A program made the position numbers and the translations under genes. Of a stretch of 64,000 nucleotides of DNA, positions 62,701 through 64,000 are shown piece after piece; the stretch's first letter is position 1; each line of letters starts with the position of its first letter. The notes under the pieces are model-generated. The model was not told where the DNA came from. It did no database searches and saw only the letters and a program-made list of their open reading frames with translations. The stretch lies in NCBI GenBank assembly GCA_964252035.1, contig OZ176205.1; one strand, written 5' to 3'. Origin of the DNA: Podarcis erhardii. Taxonomy: Eukaryota.

Positions 62701-63707
62701 AAAAAGAGGAGGACCTTGGCTTCCTCCAGGCTGAATTTTGTCACTGCAGTAGCTGGTGGAGGAAGAAGAGGAGTTGGTGCTGATGCCGGCTTCAGCCTCA
62801 TCATAGGCTTCACTCTTTGCCTAGGCCTCAGTGCCAGAGGAGGGCGAAAAAAGGAGGAGAAAGAGGTGGCGGCTGCACCAGTGGAGGAAGCTCCTCAGCT
62901 CAGCCCCACAGGCTTTCCCTTGGCTGTCCTCACGGGCTCATGCAGTGAGATTGTTGACCAACTAACTCACTGGTTAGATTCAGACAAGTGGAGTGGAACT
63001 GGTTCAAAAATGGGCAGAAAAGGGGCAGGCCGGTAGCACTTATCAGAGATGGAGGAAGAACTGGGGGAGGGTGATGGGGTGGAGAGACCATGCCGGTGTA
63101 GATATACAGTAGGAAAATGTGGTGTTTCTGTCGCCTTGTTTTATTAGGGAATGCAGTGGGATTTCCCAATACAAAAAAAAAAAGGAAATGATTGGCTCGT
63201 TATGCGAATGCTCGCCTAACAAGCTATTTCTCAGCAACACATTATGGTTGGAAAGCGGGACCCATGTGTACAGGAGACTCCCTCCAACTCATGAAAGGAG
63301 ACTGGAATGGTGGCTGCAGTGTGGGCCTAGTTAGTTTGGTTGTCCCATCTCACCCCTACAGTAGAATGCCAGAAGACGGCAAATGAGAGGAATTCAAGTA
63401 CTACAGGAAAACTAAATTATGAGGGCCAAGTTTACAAGAACAAAGGCATTCTAATAAATGGACACTTACTGAATTAGCGCTGTTGGGATTGGGCCATGGT
63501 CTACCAGCTCCTGGACCCCTGGAGTTTGAGAGAAAACAAGCCTTCAGCATGTACAGAGTGACAATGTGAAACCAAAAATGATTTCCACATCTAGAATTGT
63601 AAGAACGTCAACGGAAAGCCAGCAGCATGGCAGGTGCCTTACATGTTAATCCCAGGCATGCCAGGCCCTAGAGAGTTGGGTGGAGGTCTCATTCCGCCGC
63701 CATAGTT
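53748..63707 (-). CDS. SSBP3: SSBP3, single-stranded DNA-binding protein 3; last 9 coding exons, 516 nt, 5'-partial
   Basis: join(63643-63707, 63470-63518, 61745-61780, 60882-60936, 59100-59170, 57261-57339, 55875-55903, 55379-55480, 53748-53777). Gives [171 protein letters not shown], the SSBP3 C-terminus. Synteny with MRPL37 favours SSBP3 over SSBP2 or SSBP4. Confidence 0.96.
55379..55480 (-). CDS. SSBP3: SSBP3 penultimate exon (NSPNNISG...FQNDN)
   Basis: ccctgcag|AAT; donor AAT|GTGAGT; 102 nt. Confidence 0.94.
55875..55903 (-). CDS. SSBP3: SSBP3 29-nt exon ([10 protein letters not shown])
   Basis: tctttcgcaag|GG TCA; donor AAA|GTAAGT. Confidence 0.92.
57261..57339 (-). CDS. SSBP3: SSBP3 exon ([26 protein letters not shown])
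   Basis: (TTTC)13 tcag|TTC; donor TTA G|GTAAGA. Confidence 0.93.
57344..57395. repeat. (GAAA)13 microsatellite
   Basis: Direct count; it abuts an SSBP3 3' splice site. Confidence 0.97.
59100..59170 (-). CDS. SSBP3: SSBP3 exon ([24 protein letters not shown])
   Basis: gttctacag|AT TCG; donor AAT|GTAAGT. Confidence 0.93.
59676..59715. repeat. (GA)20 microsatellite
   Basis: Direct count; lies in an SSBP3 intron. Confidence 0.95.
60882..60936 (-). CDS. SSBP3: SSBP3 exon ([18 protein letters not shown])
   Basis: tcttgtcaacag|GGG; donor GCA G|GTAAGG. Confidence 0.92.
61745..61780 (-). CDS. SSBP3: SSBP3 36-nt exon ([12 protein letters not shown])
   Basis: tcttcttgcag|ATT; donor GTG|GTAGGT. Confidence 0.92.
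63470..63518 (-). CDS. SSBP3: SSBP3 exon ([16 protein letters not shown])
   Basis: aactccag|G GGT; donor TCA|GTAAGT. Confidence 0.92.
63643..63707 (-). CDS. SSBP3: SSBP3 exon ([21 protein letters not shown])
   Basis: tcattgcag|AAC; donor AT|GTAAGG. Confidence 0.92.
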
Positions 63708-64000
63708 CTGCAATGATAACCAAGGATCAGTCTACCATAACGAGAAGGGAAACCGGAGAAGAAAAGAGAAAGGAAAAAAACAAACAAAAACGAGAGGGTT
63801 AGTCTGTGAAAATGAACTTTAATTAAAAAAAAAAGATGATGATAATGAACATATAGGCAAAATTAGCTACTTTGAAAAAGTAAAACTGGACGGCGGCATC
63901 TCTCAATTTTTTTAAAAGGGGGAGTGGGGAAGAAAATCTTAGAAGCCACTCGAATTCCCATCTCATGGTAGGAGTGTACCAGGAATGCCCAGTGGGCTAA

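Overview
Vertebrate (eukaryotic) genomic DNA, almost certainly from a squamate and probably a lacertid lizard, judged from a Sauria SINE, a Squam3-like SINE, and CR1, Penelope and hAT relics of lizard type. Reading splice sites by hand gives four spliced genes in the order known from human 1p32: CDCP2 (-, signal-peptide exon and first CUB exon only; the rest lies left of the window), CYB5RL (-, 6 coding exons, 308 aa, complete), MRPL37 (+, 7 coding exons, 434 aa, complete, head-to-head with CYB5RL across a CpG island) and the 3' part of SSBP3 (-, last 9 coding exons, 171 aa plus a long 3' UTR). The rest is intronic or intergenic DNA with many transposon insertions, several nested and with readable target-site duplications (TSDs). 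There is no CRISPR array, rRNA, true tRNA or prokaryotic system, and most six-frame ORFs are spurious or TE-derived. I found no clearly new protein-coding system. The best leads are: a complete 1.64-kb non-autonomous L1-like retroposon with a CpG promoter and splice donors just upstream of the CDCP2 start exon; Penelope relics carrying broken hammerhead-ribozyme halves; a candidate poison or alternative terminal exon in SSBP3; a strong-Kozak uORF overlapping a YY1 site before MRPL37; and a microsatellite acting as an SSBP3 polypyrimidine tract. Gene and repeat names come from recognition, not database searches.
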